Made by a program: the position numbers and the translations under genes. The notes beneath the pieces were generated by a model. The model did no database searches. It saw only the letters and a list, made by a program, of their open reading frames with translations, and had not been told where the DNA came from. Of a stretch of DNA of 64,000 bases, positions 54,128 to 64,000 are shown in pieces. Location: positions 1 to 64,000 of the IMG/VR virus record IMGVR_UViG_3300031251_000001, one strand, 5' to 3'. The first letter of the stretch is position 1; each line of letters begins with the position of its first letter.

Positions 54128-55710
54128 TAGACGGCCTCATGGTGGAAGTGTGAGAAGACCGTCTGGCTGTTGTAAGCGGCGATGCCGTCGATGCCGTCCG
54201 AGGGTCGATAGTAGAGCAGGTTGAAGGAGCTCAAATCCCAGGAACCGCCTTCGTCGAGGTTGGTGGCGTTGGCATTAAGCCTAACGCCCAGGTTGCCCTC
54301 ATCCACTGTCGTCACAGAGACTGAATACCAGTCTCCCATCGTGACGACCATTTCGGTCTGGGCGATGGTGACCAGCGTGAAGCCGTTGTAGTATCGGATG
54401 AGCAGGTTCTGTGTCGGGTAATCGATCAAGATCAGGAAATAACGGGGAGTACCACCCGAGAAGCGGTAGTTGATCATGAGCCCGCCGTTACGCTGGGCAC
54501 CGATGTCGCCTGGTACCAGCTTCAAATGGCAGAGTGTGTAGCGGTCGACCGTCTTCATGTCCGTGCCGACCCAACCGGCCAGATTGGTGTCGAAGATGTC
54601 CTCAGCCTGGAGAGCTTGACCCAGATCACTGAAAGCAGTGCAATAGCCATCGGCGTTCGGGTCGCTGCCGAAAGCAGAGGTAAAGCTGAAGCTCCCTTCG
54701 ATGGCGGCAAAGTTGGGAGCAGTGCCGGCACGGAAGCACACCTCAAAAGGCAGCGTAATCGTACCAGGGGTAGTGCCGTCCGGAGGCTGGGTACTCCCTG
54801 TCGTGGTGGTCGTGGTGCCGGTGATGATGACCGGTTGGTACTCGTTGGGTAGCTTGCCGTCCGAGTCGGCGATCTGCGGAGCGGAACAGACGGCCTGCCG
54901 TGGCATGGAGCAGTTGAGGACAAAGCCGTGACCATCGGTGTAGCGGGTGACTGAGGCGCAGCCCTGGAAGTCCAGGATGATCTGCCCAGCACAGCTAGGC
55001 TGCACCTGGGAAATGCTCTCGATGGGTTGCGGGTCAGGACAGGTATTACTCTCAGGACGGGTGTCGCACGGCCCCAGGTAGGTTTGGATGATCGGCGTCG
55101 TAGCGGTACTGAACTCGTCACCTTGACCGTCTGAGAGACTCATGACGATGCAGTTGCGTGGCTTGCCATTGATGGTGCGAACTTCCTTGGCGATCGTGAA
55201 GGGAGCCTGGCCAACCAAATTGACGATGCCGGTTAGGGCGTCTCCCGCCTGATCACCCTTCATGGACGACACCGGGAGAGCCTCATAGCTGGAAGCAGCC
55301 CTGCGCGACAGGATCGACTGAGATGGCGTGCTGAAGCGGTGTGAAACCAGGGCATCGTCGATGACCACGGGACCGAAGACAATCCAACCACCCACCCCTT
55401 TGACGAGAGGGGTGAGTCGAACCATCATGCGGTCGCTCTTCTTGACGAGAGTGGCGGCAGCAACGGGAACGCCAGGCGTTGAGGGATCACTGCAAGCGTT
55501 GATCATCACCGTGCACATGCCGGGGCCGCTGGTCAGTGCCGAGAAGTAAAGATCGCTACCCAGGCTATCAGGGAACTTGATCTTAGCGTCGATAATGATG
55601 CCGGATTGCAGCACTTGTCCGGCGTCGTCCACGCGCGTCGCCAGATCGCTCAACGGGTAGCCGTTGTCGGTGGTCTGGTCGTACCAATGTTCGTGGGATG
55701 TAGTGGGCAT
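54127..55710 (-). CDS. tail/baseplate-associated protein (paralog family) with short poly-Thr linker and C-terminal beta-sandwich
   Basis: WYDQTTDNGYPL; GPC..RPES.TC; ITGTTTTTTGST linker. Confidence 0.65.
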   Translation of the reverse strand: MPTTSHEHWYDQTTDNGYPLSDLATRVDDAGQVLQSGIIIDAKIKFPDSLGSDLYFSALTSGPGMCTVMINACSDPSTPGVPVAAATLVKKSDRMMVRLTPLVKGVGGWIVFGPVVIDDALVSHRFSTPSQSILSRRAASSYEALPVSSMKGDQAGDALTGIVNLVGQAPFTIAKEVRTINGKPRNCIVMSLSDGQGDEFSTATTPIIQTYLGPCDTRPESNTCPDPQPIESISQVQPSCAGQIILDFQGCASVTRYTDGHGFVLNCSMPRQAVCSAPQIADSDGKLPNEYQPVIITGTTTTTTGSTQPPDGTTPGTITLPFEVCFRAGTAPNFAAIEGSFSFTSAFGSDPNADGYCTAFSDLGQALQAEDIFDTNLAGWVGTDMKTVDRYTLCHLKLVPGDIGAQRNGGLMINYRFSGGTPRYFLILIDYPTQNLLIRYYNGFTLVTIAQTEMVVTMGDWYSVSVTTVDEGNLGVRLNANATNLDEGGSWDLSSFNLLYYRPSDGIDGIAAYNSQTVFSHFHHEAV

Positions 55711-55713
55711 AGG

Positions 55714-57237
55714 TTAGCAGCTGCAAACGCCTCCGGTGACAGGAGGGGAAGAGTTCAGAGGAACCGTCTGGTTCAGGCTAGCACGTGTGTCGTAGAGACT
55801 ACCATTGCTCGGTCCACCCAGGATCACAGACTCCTCGGCATCCCCGACTGTCGGCGAGTGGACGGTCATAGTAACCTTAACCTGTTTGCCGCTGCAACCA
55901 GGGATGCACAAACGGAAGCGAACCGAGCTGCTGGTCTGAGGATCGGCATAGTCGAACTTGGTGTAGAAGAGGGGCCAGGCTCCATTGAGTGGAACAGATT
56001 CTTCGATCGCCAGGCTGGAGTTATAACGGAACGCTGGACCGCACAGCGTTGGCGTGGAGCTGGGGGAGCCACCGATCATCTCGAACTTAAATCGCATCTC
56101 CAGCGGAATGAGACACTTCTTGCCAGCATTGCAGTAGATGCCGCTGACAGCCACACGGCAATTAGGCTCCTGGGTGACCATGAGCTTGGCGGGGTTATTG
56201 CGTCGACAATCTCGCTCTGCCAACCAGCGCTCGACACTGGAGTGATAATCGTCTCGTGCTTCCTTGAGCGTGTTGGCGATGTCCTGCCAGCGATCCCAGA
56301 GTCGTGAGACGGCCTTGTAGGTATTGACGTAAAACACAGGCGGGCAGACCTGGTCGCAGGCACTGTAGATGGCTAGTGCGTTGGGAGTCGTATGTGCTGA
56401 GCCGGCGGAGATGGAGACAGGCACCTGGAGGCGGTAACAGTCATCGGTAGAGAGGAAGAATCGGCCCGAGGCGTCAGGTGCCTGTTTGTTGATCGTGGTC
56501 AGGTAATCGACGGTGCCGTCGCAACCGGGGGTCTTACCCAGGCCGGCGCCGGCAACGGCGTTGAAAGCGAGTGTCGTAGACCGTCTGGTCCCTTCTGTGA
56601 CAACAGTGTCGGAAACGTCGATGCGGATGTTGTAACCGGCGACGATCTTGAACGTAGGAGCGGTATAGATGCCGCCGCCGAAGACGCTGTGGATGCCGCC
56701 ATTGACTTGGGTGTAGGTACGCGGGTCGAGGATCGCGGCCGTGGGAACGTAGGCATCCTCGTAGAGAGCAATGCCGCTGCTGGTGACTACCAGACGCAAG
56801 ACCTTGTCGGCGGTCAGCCATTCCATGACCAGACGGTCAGCACCCCAGGGAACGACGTGGTAGCGGGCACTCTCGGCTACGGGGTCGAAGACGGTGACGT
56901 TGTTAGCATCCTTGATGATCGGAGCAACACGGGTGACAGGCCCCGAGAGCGAATCCTCCCAGTCCGTGTCCCAGGTCTCCCACAGCAGAGAGATCTCTTC
57001 CCAGGTCAAATCATCGACGACTTCGGGGAGCTGCAGCTTAGTGATGCGAAGCGGATAGGCAAACCGCGCGACGTTGTAGTCCGCTGGTGTGTTGATGTCA
57101 GCTGGGCCGTAGGCCAGGTAGAGATCATGGATAATGCCGCTGAGATCAGAAGATCCCACAAACGGGTAATTGTGTCCCGTCTTGGGGGCCTGATCCACGG
57201 AGATACGAGGTAGATGATCAGCGTCAAACGACGGCAT
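55714..57237 (-). CDS. tail/baseplate-associated protein (paralog family, Cys-rich)
   Basis: GHNYPF; GAGLG..PGC, TIN...PD..G.F.L..DDCY. Confidence 0.65.
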   Translation of the reverse strand: MPSFDADHLPRISVDQAPKTGHNYPFVGSSDLSGIIHDLYLAYGPADINTPADYNVARFAYPLRITKLQLPEVVDDLTWEEISLLWETWDTDWEDSLSGPVTRVAPIIKDANNVTVFDPVAESARYHVVPWGADRLVMEWLTADKVLRLVVTSSGIALYEDAYVPTAAILDPRTYTQVNGGIHSVFGGGIYTAPTFKIVAGYNIRIDVSDTVVTEGTRRSTTLAFNAVAGAGLGKTPGCDGTVDYLTTINKQAPDASGRFFLSTDDCYRLQVPVSISAGSAHTTPNALAIYSACDQVCPPVFYVNTYKAVSRLWDRWQDIANTLKEARDDYHSSVERWLAERDCRRNNPAKLMVTQEPNCRVAVSGIYCNAGKKCLIPLEMRFKFEMIGGSPSSTPTLCGPAFRYNSSLAIEESVPLNGAWPLFYTKFDYADPQTSSSVRFRLCIPGCSGKQVKVTMTVHSPTVGDAEESVILGGPSNGSLYDTRASLNQTVPLNSSPPVTGGVCSC

Positions 57238-58199
57238 CACCCACCCCCTGTGACGCATCCACGGTCGGAGAGACGAGCACCCAACACGGTCGACTGGAAC
57301 ACAGCGTTGTTGGCTTGCAGCACGGAGCCGAAGCCTTCCACGATGGCTGCCTGGGCCAGGAGACGCTGAAGGTCAGCGGTGATCGCTTCCAAGTCGGAAC
57401 AGGTGGCACAGGGCTCGGTACAGGGGTTCCTGATGATCAGGCCGTTGGTGGCCGGCGTCAGGGTGACGCAAGCGGTGCCGAGAAGATTGTAGTTTCCTTC
57501 ATTGTCCCCAGGGATGTCGTTGATAAAGCGGATTGGCGTGGCCTGGGTGACGTCGCCGCTGCAGACGCAGTCTTCAGCAAAGTTGAGATCGGTGGAGGCG
57601 TTGAGCTGCAGGAGGGTTGGTTGGCCGGCGATTTGAGTAGCAACCCACTGGGTACCGATGCCGTCCGTGAACACCGCGTCACCGTAGATTCGAGCGCTCT
57701 CCTGTTGCCCGTTGACTACGGTGAACGAGATCATGCTCTGTAGCAGGGGGCGGACGGTATCCGGATCCAGTTGGCCTTCGTTGAAAGAGAACTCGAAGTA
57801 GCCGCTGGGCTGGAAATCAATGTCATCGGTCTTGCCGATGGTCAGCTTGCCGGAGGTGTCATCGAAGGGCTCGATGCCAGACAGGGCGTACGTACGGCCG
57901 GGAGTCAGCGTTTGCTTGTCGATGAGGGCAGAAGCAACTGGAACGGTGGGACCACCACTGGAGGGGCTGTAGCCAATGGTGACCGAGTAACCAGTGCCGT
58001 AGACGCCCAGCTTGTAAAGGAAGAAGCGTGCCGGGTCGACCGTCATGGCGGCATGCACCGGGAGATCGATGGCGACCAGGAAACTATTAGGTAGAAGGAA
58101 AAGGCCGGTCAGGTCACTCCCGCCGGCGCTGTCAGCCAGGGGATACCTGCGGCCCTCGTTGAGGTTCCGCCATTCAAGATTAGTCAGGCCGAGCGGCAT
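57237..58199 (-). CDS. tail/baseplate-associated protein (paralog family) with C-terminal coiled coil
   Basis: EWRNLNEGRRYPL; IN.IP.D..GN..L.G..C; NPC.EPC..C.DL. Confidence 0.65.
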   Translation of the reverse strand: MPLGLTNLEWRNLNEGRRYPLADSAGGSDLTGLFLLPNSFLVAIDLPVHAAMTVDPARFFLYKLGVYGTGYSVTIGYSPSSGGPTVPVASALIDKQTLTPGRTYALSGIEPFDDTSGKLTIGKTDDIDFQPSGYFEFSFNEGQLDPDTVRPLLQSMISFTVVNGQQESARIYGDAVFTDGIGTQWVATQIAGQPTLLQLNASTDLNFAEDCVCSGDVTQATPIRFINDIPGDNEGNYNLLGTACVTLTPATNGLIIRNPCTEPCATCSDLEAITADLQRLLAQAAIVEGFGSVLQANNAVFQSTVLGARLSDRGCVTGGG

Positions 58200-58207
58200 A
58201 GTGGACC

Positions 58208-59992
58208 CTAGCTATTAACCAGTTGCGAGCTGATGGCGAGGAGGCCAATGTTGCTGTTGTAACTATCGGAAGCCCCACGCCCGATGCTAAAGAGCACGGT
58301 GTCGCCGGCAGCCACGTCGAACGGCGTGGCTTCAATGTCCACGTATTGGTTAGTACCGGTGAAGGTAACAGCGGTGTTGACAGTAACGCTGAACTCGGCT
58401 CCTGTGCCGGGCACCGAGGCTGGTGTGGTCGGGTTGACCGGGATACGCCGAGCGGTGGCGGTCATGGCTGGCAAGGTACCCGCTACGGGGCCAAAGAGGC
58501 GGAGCTTCATCTTCAGTGTTGCTGAGATGATGGCCGAGGCCGGTACACGGAAAGAGACACGAATTGAGGAGGCTTGTCCCTTGGGGAAGCTGACGTAAGG
58601 GATGTCCTGGTAGATGTTATCTTCGGCGCCATTGAGGCGGACGAACTCCGCCGTCAGCTCAATCAGGCTCTCAGGTACAGCCGAGATGCCCACCAGGCCC
58701 TGGTACACCAGTGGCGTCGAGCTGTCCCCATCGACTAGGTGGATGGGTGTCTGATCGCTGGTCAGGAGGATGGTGTCAGAGGTGGCGTAGATACCCTCGG
58801 TGACACGGCCCTGGGTGAACTTGCCGTCTTCGGTGAGTTCCTTGAGAGCCAGGGAGCCGCGAGTGTTCCCTGCCAGGGTGGACAGGGCAAAGTCGAGATT
58901 GAGGAGGAGATCGCCCACCGTAGCTGTTTTGGTCGTGTCGCTGGCACAGATCACTTTGAGCCTGGTGTCGAGGCTGCGCAGGCTGGTGACGACCGAGGTC
59001 TCAGTGCTGAACCGCAGACGAGTGAAATAGAGCTTGAGGCTCATGTAGACATTACGCGGGCACTCCGGCGTGTCGCCATCGGTCGGAGGAGTGGCAGGGT
59101 AGTCATACGGCCAGGGGACATCCTGGTAACAGTCGCTCATCCACCAGAGGCCGTTCTTGTCGATGATGCAGGCACCGTTGTGGCCCTGGGCAACCGACAT
59201 GCCACTGTAGATCGGGCTGAGGCCCTTATCCCAGACGAGATCAACCGACGCCAGATCCAGCGGAGGCCACACCGCTGCCAGTTGAGGATGCTTGGTGAGG
59301 TTGTACCCCCAGACGGCTCCTGCCGGCGCGTTACCGGCGAAGATGCTGTTGCCGGCGGGCAGCCAGCCCGTCTGTGTGTTATCGGGGCTGCCGATCGTGT
59401 GTCGTACTCCGGAGCCGGGGGGAGTCACGGTGCCGGCGGGTTTGCAGAAGAGATCGAACTTCAGGTGAGTGTGTGATTCGAGAAGGTCAGGCCGCCACGG
59501 GTCTACGACAATTTTGCCGTTGAAGATCGACAGGACACGAATGGAGACCGAAGGGGTGCCGGTAATCAGCTTGCCGGGGGTGACGGCGGACAGGAAGTAA
59601 TCACCATCCGCAGGAGTGACGGAACCGGTGCTGGCGGTCAAGTCGATGGTGTCGACGCCGAAGATGGTCAGGTCGCCACGCAGGGAGCCGGTCTTGGCAC
59701 GGACAACGCCGATCACCTTGGCCAGGGGGTCCAGGCGAAGGTAGCCGCTCGATTGGCTGGCGACAGCCAGGGCGGGCCGATAGTTGAGAGCACCCTCATC
59801 CCAGGAGACGGGCTGACCCACGACGCAATCACTGGACAGGGCCACATCCGAAATGATGAGTTGGCGTCCGGCTGACAGGGAGTTCAGGAGCGTACGCAGG
59901 TCATCGATTTGTCGCTGCAGATCACCCAGCGGGCGATTGGCGACTCCTGCGCGTACTGGCTCACCATCGACGATCAACCGTGCCGTGCTCAT
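58208..59992 (-). CDS. tail fiber-like structural protein
   Basis: IVDGEPV.AGVANRP...L N-terminus; G.YFLS...PG.L motif; located in the baseplate module. Confidence 0.6.
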   Translation of the reverse strand: MSTARLIVDGEPVRAGVANRPLGDLQRQIDDLRTLLNSLSAGRQLIISDVALSSDCVVGQPVSWDEGALNYRPALAVASQSSGYLRLDPLAKVIGVVRAKTGSLRGDLTIFGVDTIDLTASTGSVTPADGDYFLSAVTPGKLITGTPSVSIRVLSIFNGKIVVDPWRPDLLESHTHLKFDLFCKPAGTVTPPGSGVRHTIGSPDNTQTGWLPAGNSIFAGNAPAGAVWGYNLTKHPQLAAVWPPLDLASVDLVWDKGLSPIYSGMSVAQGHNGACIIDKNGLWWMSDCYQDVPWPYDYPATPPTDGDTPECPRNVYMSLKLYFTRLRFSTETSVVTSLRSLDTRLKVICASDTTKTATVGDLLLNLDFALSTLAGNTRGSLALKELTEDGKFTQGRVTEGIYATSDTILLTSDQTPIHLVDGDSSTPLVYQGLVGISAVPESLIELTAEFVRLNGAEDNIYQDIPYVSFPKGQASSIRVSFRVPASAIISATLKMKLRLFGPVAGTLPAMTATARRIPVNPTTPASVPGTGAEFSVTVNTAVTFTGTNQYVDIEATPFDVAAGDTVLFSIGRGASDSYNSNIGLLAISSQLVNS

Positions 59993-60028
59993 GTAGTGCC
60001 TCCTTGCACTTCTCCATCTTAACCGAAC

Positions 60029-60541
60029 TTAGGCGTCAGGAGACAGGAACGGCAAACGCACCACGATCAGCTTCTGGCTGCCTGGTGAGAAGAGGAACTG
60101 CTCAGCACCCTGCATGTAGAAGCGACAGAGCTGCAGATCCTGGGAACGGTCATTCGGGTTGAGGATGGCGACCACGGCTCCGCCGTAGATCTTGGAGTTG
60201 GAACCACTGCTGAAGCTGAGACCGTTCACGCCGACTGTTTGACCGCCGTCACCGGGGTTACCAATCATCGACAGAATGTTGTCGACGTAGTCATCGTCGC
60301 TGGCGGAAGGGGCCAGGAAACCCAGCGGCACCCGCAGGTAGTCCAACGGGTCAGACAGGCCGGCATAGTAGTCCACGCCGTCCGTGAACGCAAAGCTGGG
60401 CACGGTGACTGCGTCACTGGGGGAGACGACGTTTTTGAACTCAACGTACATCTCGCGGGGGATGAACTTCTCGTTGCCGGGAATCATCATGTTCGCCAGG
60501 ATGCGGGCACCTTCAGCCATGATAGCGGTGATCATCTGCAA
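60029..60541 (-). CDS. tail-associated structural protein
   Basis: 170 aa; MY.EF.N ... DYLRVP; baseplate context. Confidence 0.55.
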   Translation of the reverse strand: MQMITAIMAEGARILANMMIPGNEKFIPREMYVEFKNVVSPSDAVTVPSFAFTDGVDYYAGLSDPLDYLRVPLGFLAPSASDDDYVDNILSMIGNPGDGGQTVGVNGLSFSSGSNSKIYGGAVVAILNPNDRSQDLQLCRFYMQGAEQFLFSPGSQKLIVVRLPFLSPDA

Positions 60542-62004
60542 TCCACTCCTGTGTTCTCGATCGTGACGTCAGGTTCTTCGGAGACCCAGGGCGTCAAGGA
60601 TACTTCAACGAAATCCATGGTGCTGACGTCAGGCTCGGGGATGGTGTAACCATCGAAGTTGACGTCGCAAATGATTTGAACAATGTACCAGATGTGCGGG
60701 GCACTGACATGCCGCAACCGGCTCAGATTGGTGAGCGGGAGAGAGTTCTTGCCCAGCTGACCGGTGAAGATGGTTACGGCGATGGCGTTCCGCAGAAAGT
60801 TATCCATCACCCAGCGCAGCGGCGAAATGGTAGCAGGGAGCATACCAGCAGCCGGCTCAGGATCATCGACTGTCAATCCGAGCATCATCTTGGCCAGGCT
60901 GATCCCCTGGGCTACTTCCCGCTTGCGTACTTCGGCCCAGAAGACGTCATCATTAGCGCTGAGATCGAACTCCACCTCCAGGAAGCCCGTGTCGGTGTTG
61001 ACCGTGGTACGCACCGGTACTGAGGTTTCACCGACCAGGAGAGGCGGACTACTGATATCAAGCCACTCTGGTTGAATCTCCAGATAGGGGAACACGCTGT
61101 CTATGAAACCATGGTTCAATCGATTAACGATTACCGCACTGGTCAGGGATTGACCGGACCGCAGCACGTCCCCGACTGCGACCGTTGCTGTCGCACTGTC
61201 GTTGCCTCGGTAAACCTGATCTGAGGTGACAATGGTCAGTTCGGTGGCGCTGTAGAAGACGTTTTCCACCACTTCGCCGTCACGGATCGCAAAGCCGCTG
61301 TCAGTGATGGCCGACAGCAAGGCGATCGTGTTACTGATCGTGTTGGTTTTTGTGATGGCGTCGTAGACACCATTGACGGCACGGCGAGCAGTGGGAGTCG
61401 AGACAGTGGGCAGCCCCACAGCGTAGCCGTAGAAGTTGTAAAGGTAGTGCAGCTCGGAGCGGCAGCCCCAGAACCAGACCCAGAGTTCGCGATCGACCAC
61501 CACGCCGGCGTCGATGATGTCATTGACAGGAGCACCGGGCTCGTTGAACGGGTTTTTAGCGAAAATCAGCTTACTATTGACGATGTTGTAGTCCACACCG
61601 CCAAACCAGCTGATCGTGGATCCATCCAATCTGTCTATGATCAAAGCGACATCAATCAGGCCGTCCGGCAGGGACCAACTGAAGACGTTTTTGTTGAATT
61701 GACCGTAGTTGAAACTGCCATCGAAGAAAAGGTTGGGGTCATCGAAACGATATAGGGAATCGGCTGTAGAGCGGTCTGACTCACGCAGTCGAACAAGCAG
61801 GGCTTCCTGCTTCATGAGGAGAGGGCACTTCTGTCGGCTGAAGCTGTTGCGGTAGTCGTCGAGGAGTCCCAGGGCGTGCCGGTCCTGCAGCAGACGGGCA
61901 CTGATCAGGTTCTTCGTCAGCGGATCACGGTCCGTGTTCGACCAGAACGACCCCAGGGCCGTCAGCACCTCATCCGGAAGATCCAGCTGCTCGGGGTAGA
62001 CCAT
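60532..62004 (-). CDS. baseplate wedge-like structural protein
   Basis: LGSFW N-terminus, G.DY; directly follows baseplate J. Confidence 0.55.
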   Translation of the reverse strand: MVYPEQLDLPDEVLTALGSFWSNTDRDPLTKNLISARLLQDRHALGLLDDYRNSFSRQKCPLLMKQEALLVRLRESDRSTADSLYRFDDPNLFFDGSFNYGQFNKNVFSWSLPDGLIDVALIIDRLDGSTISWFGGVDYNIVNSKLIFAKNPFNEPGAPVNDIIDAGVVVDRELWVWFWGCRSELHYLYNFYGYAVGLPTVSTPTARRAVNGVYDAITKTNTISNTIALLSAITDSGFAIRDGEVVENVFYSATELTIVTSDQVYRGNDSATATVAVGDVLRSGQSLTSAVIVNRLNHGFIDSVFPYLEIQPEWLDISSPPLLVGETSVPVRTTVNTDTGFLEVEFDLSANDDVFWAEVRKREVAQGISLAKMMLGLTVDDPEPAAGMLPATISPLRWVMDNFLRNAIAVTIFTGQLGKNSLPLTNLSRLRHVSAPHIWYIVQIICDVNFDGYTIPEPDVSTMDFVEVSLTPWVSEEPDVTIENTGVDCR

Positions 62005-62006
62005 TG

Positions 62007-63659
62007 CTATCTCGATACGGGGATGCTGTTGGTGGCGGTGATGGAGATGTCGTCAATCGACGAGAAGAACTGCACGGTACGGTAGCTGATGCCCTGCAGC
62101 GGCAAGTAGGGAATGTCGATCAACGTCGCCGAGTCAAACAGGAGGGTGTTGTCCTGGTTATCGACTAACCGTCCTCGTGCTGAGGCTCGTGCCACTTTAC
62201 CGTTCGTGCCGATCACCGAATAGACCGCGTTGATGATGTCGCTGACGTAGAGCTTCCCGATGAAGTTAGTCCGGTTGATTACACGGGCCACAGCGTCCTG
62301 GATGGCTCCGTTGTCAAAGAGCGGATCGGTGTCCTGACGGGTGAGCGAGAGATCGACGCTGACCCAGCAGGGGAAGGGAGCCCGCACCAGGCAGTCCGCC
62401 CCAGGATGGTCCACCAGCTTGTTGGAAGCATAGCCATCCTGAATAGCGGCGATCCGGCTGATGGCGGAGAGCACGACGTTGTAGGACGCTGTGGCTCCAA
62501 TCGCCAAGGCTGTGACATCGGTCGCAGTATCAATGAAGTCGATTGTCGCGGTCTGGTAACGGCTATAGCGGCCATCCACCGGGTTACTGACGTCGGGATC
62601 ATCGACGCCAATGTTGACGCCCCGTGAGAGGCTCTGCACTGCGAAGGAGCCGCCCAGGGTCGAGCCGACCGGCAGAATGGAGGCGACCTCGTAGAAGCCG
62701 GGCATATCGTCTTTGGTGATGAGGATACGCCAGACACTTTTAGGGGTGCCGTCGCTGGTGGTCAGCTTCTCGGAGAGAACAGCGGTTTTGGTGATCTGTG
62801 TTTTGAGGGCTACCTCATCCGTTCGCACATACCAATCGACTCGCCCACCAACTCCCACAGGGATCAGGAAACGACGATCACGTCGCATCTCGGCGTCGCC
62901 GGCGCCAATGATGGAATCACAGACGAAATCGGATAGGGTGGTGTCGCCACGCAGCAGGGCACGCATGGCAGGGCGGGAAGCGAAGGAGGGACGGGCTACT
63001 CCAGCTTCCAGCTTGTCAATGAGATCTTCGTTGGTCTCGGAATCAATGCCATTGCGGAAATCGCTGGCGGCGTAAGACGAGGTGAAGCCGGTGGGGACCA
63101 CATTCGGCGTGACGATGGCTCCGGCACGAAGCATGCCGACGCTGCCCGTCTGCGAGCAAACAATGGTGATCGTGAACTCGTAGCTGTCGTTGTCAATTTT
63201 GGTGATCAGCCGATCAGTCGGGGTGGCGATATCACCGGGGTCATTGCGTGCCGAGAAGACGGTGGTCGTAGTGAACTGCAGCGGTCCTGAGAAGAAGATG
63301 CTGCCGACGGGTACGACCAAGGGAGTATCGTTATCGCGGATGATCTTGATCTCACCTTCGGCCGCGACAGCGGGGAGACGGTCGATGCCGAAATTGGCCA
63401 CGATGTCGGTGACCATATCGGGGTCGGCCGCAGCGGGGTCATTCTTGATCAGGGTCAAGCTGCGGTTAGCCAGGACTTCGTTGTAGAGCGTGGTGGTCTG
63501 GGCTGTCAGCAGGGCGTGGATACGCGAGAGCACGTCATACACCGCGCCACGGGAGCTGTCGATCTGCGGATCAAACTCCACGATCTGCCGTACCGTGGAG
63601 TCAGCGAGGTTGGTCACCAGATCAGGTGCCAGCGTCTCAAGAGTGGGAGCTGTGATCAT
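62007..63659 (-). CDS. baseplate J-like protein
   Basis: NFG.DR..A..A.G, VP.G..F, G.D.ETNE.L, G.GD.EM.RD, GG.VD.YV. Confidence 0.8.
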   Translation of the reverse strand: MITAPTLETLAPDLVTNLADSTVRQIVEFDPQIDSSRGAVYDVLSRIHALLTAQTTTLYNEVLANRSLTLIKNDPAAADPDMVTDIVANFGIDRLPAVAAEGEIKIIRDNDTPLVVPVGSIFFSGPLQFTTTTVFSARNDPGDIATPTDRLITKIDNDSYEFTITIVCSQTGSVGMLRAGAIVTPNVVPTGFTSSYAASDFRNGIDSETNEDLIDKLEAGVARPSFASRPAMRALLRGDTTLSDFVCDSIIGAGDAEMRRDRRFLIPVGVGGRVDWYVRTDEVALKTQITKTAVLSEKLTTSDGTPKSVWRILITKDDMPGFYEVASILPVGSTLGGSFAVQSLSRGVNIGVDDPDVSNPVDGRYSRYQTATIDFIDTATDVTALAIGATASYNVVLSAISRIAAIQDGYASNKLVDHPGADCLVRAPFPCWVSVDLSLTRQDTDPLFDNGAIQDAVARVINRTNFIGKLYVSDIINAVYSVIGTNGKVARASARGRLVDNQDNTLLFDSATLIDIPYLPLQGISYRTVQFFSSIDDISITATNSIPVSR

Positions 63660-64000
63660 GAGGTCCTCGGCAGGGTCGGCAACGTCACTTGGATATCCGG
63701 GCTGTCCCCGGCCAGAGTGGTCAATTTCAGGGAAAGCGTCACGCGACCATCGCCGATGTCGGCACTCAGCAACTCCACGTTGTCGATCTGATCCGTGAGG
63801 GTGTCAGTATCAAGCACCTGGAGAGCGAATTGGCGTCGCAGGTCTATCATAGCAGACGCGAAAGACTGGCTTACGTCAGCGGCGGTGCGGAGACGGCCCT
63901 GCTTGACGTCGGTCATGAAGCGACAGCCGGTGTTGGGCCAGAAGAGCACCGAACCCATCTCGGTGAAGAGCAGGATGATGAAGCGCTGAATCGTCTTCTG
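63656..64000 (-). CDS. baseplate wedge subunit (gp25-like), 5' end outside the window
   Basis: Frame is open to the window edge: QKTIQRFIILLFTEMGS...P..GC.F; precedes baseplate J. Confidence 0.55.
   Translation of the reverse strand, partial: QKTIQRFIILLFTEMGSVLFWPNTGCRFMTDVKQGRLRTAADVSQSFASAMIDLRRQFALQVLDTDTLTDQIDNVELLSADIGDGRVTLSLKLTTLAGDSPDIQVTLPTLPRTS

Noticed and set aside
1-64000. tRNA/rRNA genes, integrase, alternative genetic code
   Set aside because: No cloverleaf or T-loop signatures were noticed in the short intergenic gaps and no recombinase motifs were recognised. Genes are full length under the standard code. A tRNAscan-SE run would be needed to exclude tRNAs formally.

Overview
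This 64-kb, GC-rich window is part of a large tailed (myovirus-like) bacteriophage genome, not a bacterial chromosome. Almost all genes are on the minus strand. It holds a portal gene, a terminase large subunit and a DNA replication/recombination block (RuvC-like resolvase, DEDD exonuclease, RecA-like ATPase, SSB-like protein, UDG-fused family A DNA polymerase, primase, DnaB-like and SF2 helicases, SbcCD, RNase H). It also carries transcription-takeover genes (FliA/WhiG-like sigma factor, stand-alone RNAP alpha-CTD-like protein), a Dam-like methyltransferase, a Tad2/DUF2829-like protein and a baseplate/tail module. Several genes resemble Planctomycetota-type proteins, which hints at the host (inference). 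Main highlights: (1) a two-domain glycosyltransferase with polypeptide GalNAc-transferase-like motifs sits directly behind a tail-module protein with a ~180-aa poly-Thr mucin-like tail, a candidate virion mucin-type O-glycosylation system. (2) An AT-rich 16-bp palindrome CAAAATACGTATTTTG occurs 8 times (7 exact), five of them 13-19 nt upstream of start codons including recA-like, DNA polymerase and sbcD. (3) A perfect canonical bacterial parS site lies inside the recA-like gene. (4) A kink-turn-like, two-state RNA structure covers the SF2 helicase start codon. (5) A degenerate Rep-like protein lies beside an AT-rich, hairpin-rich candidate origin. All protein calls come from motif recognition by eye; no database searches were run.
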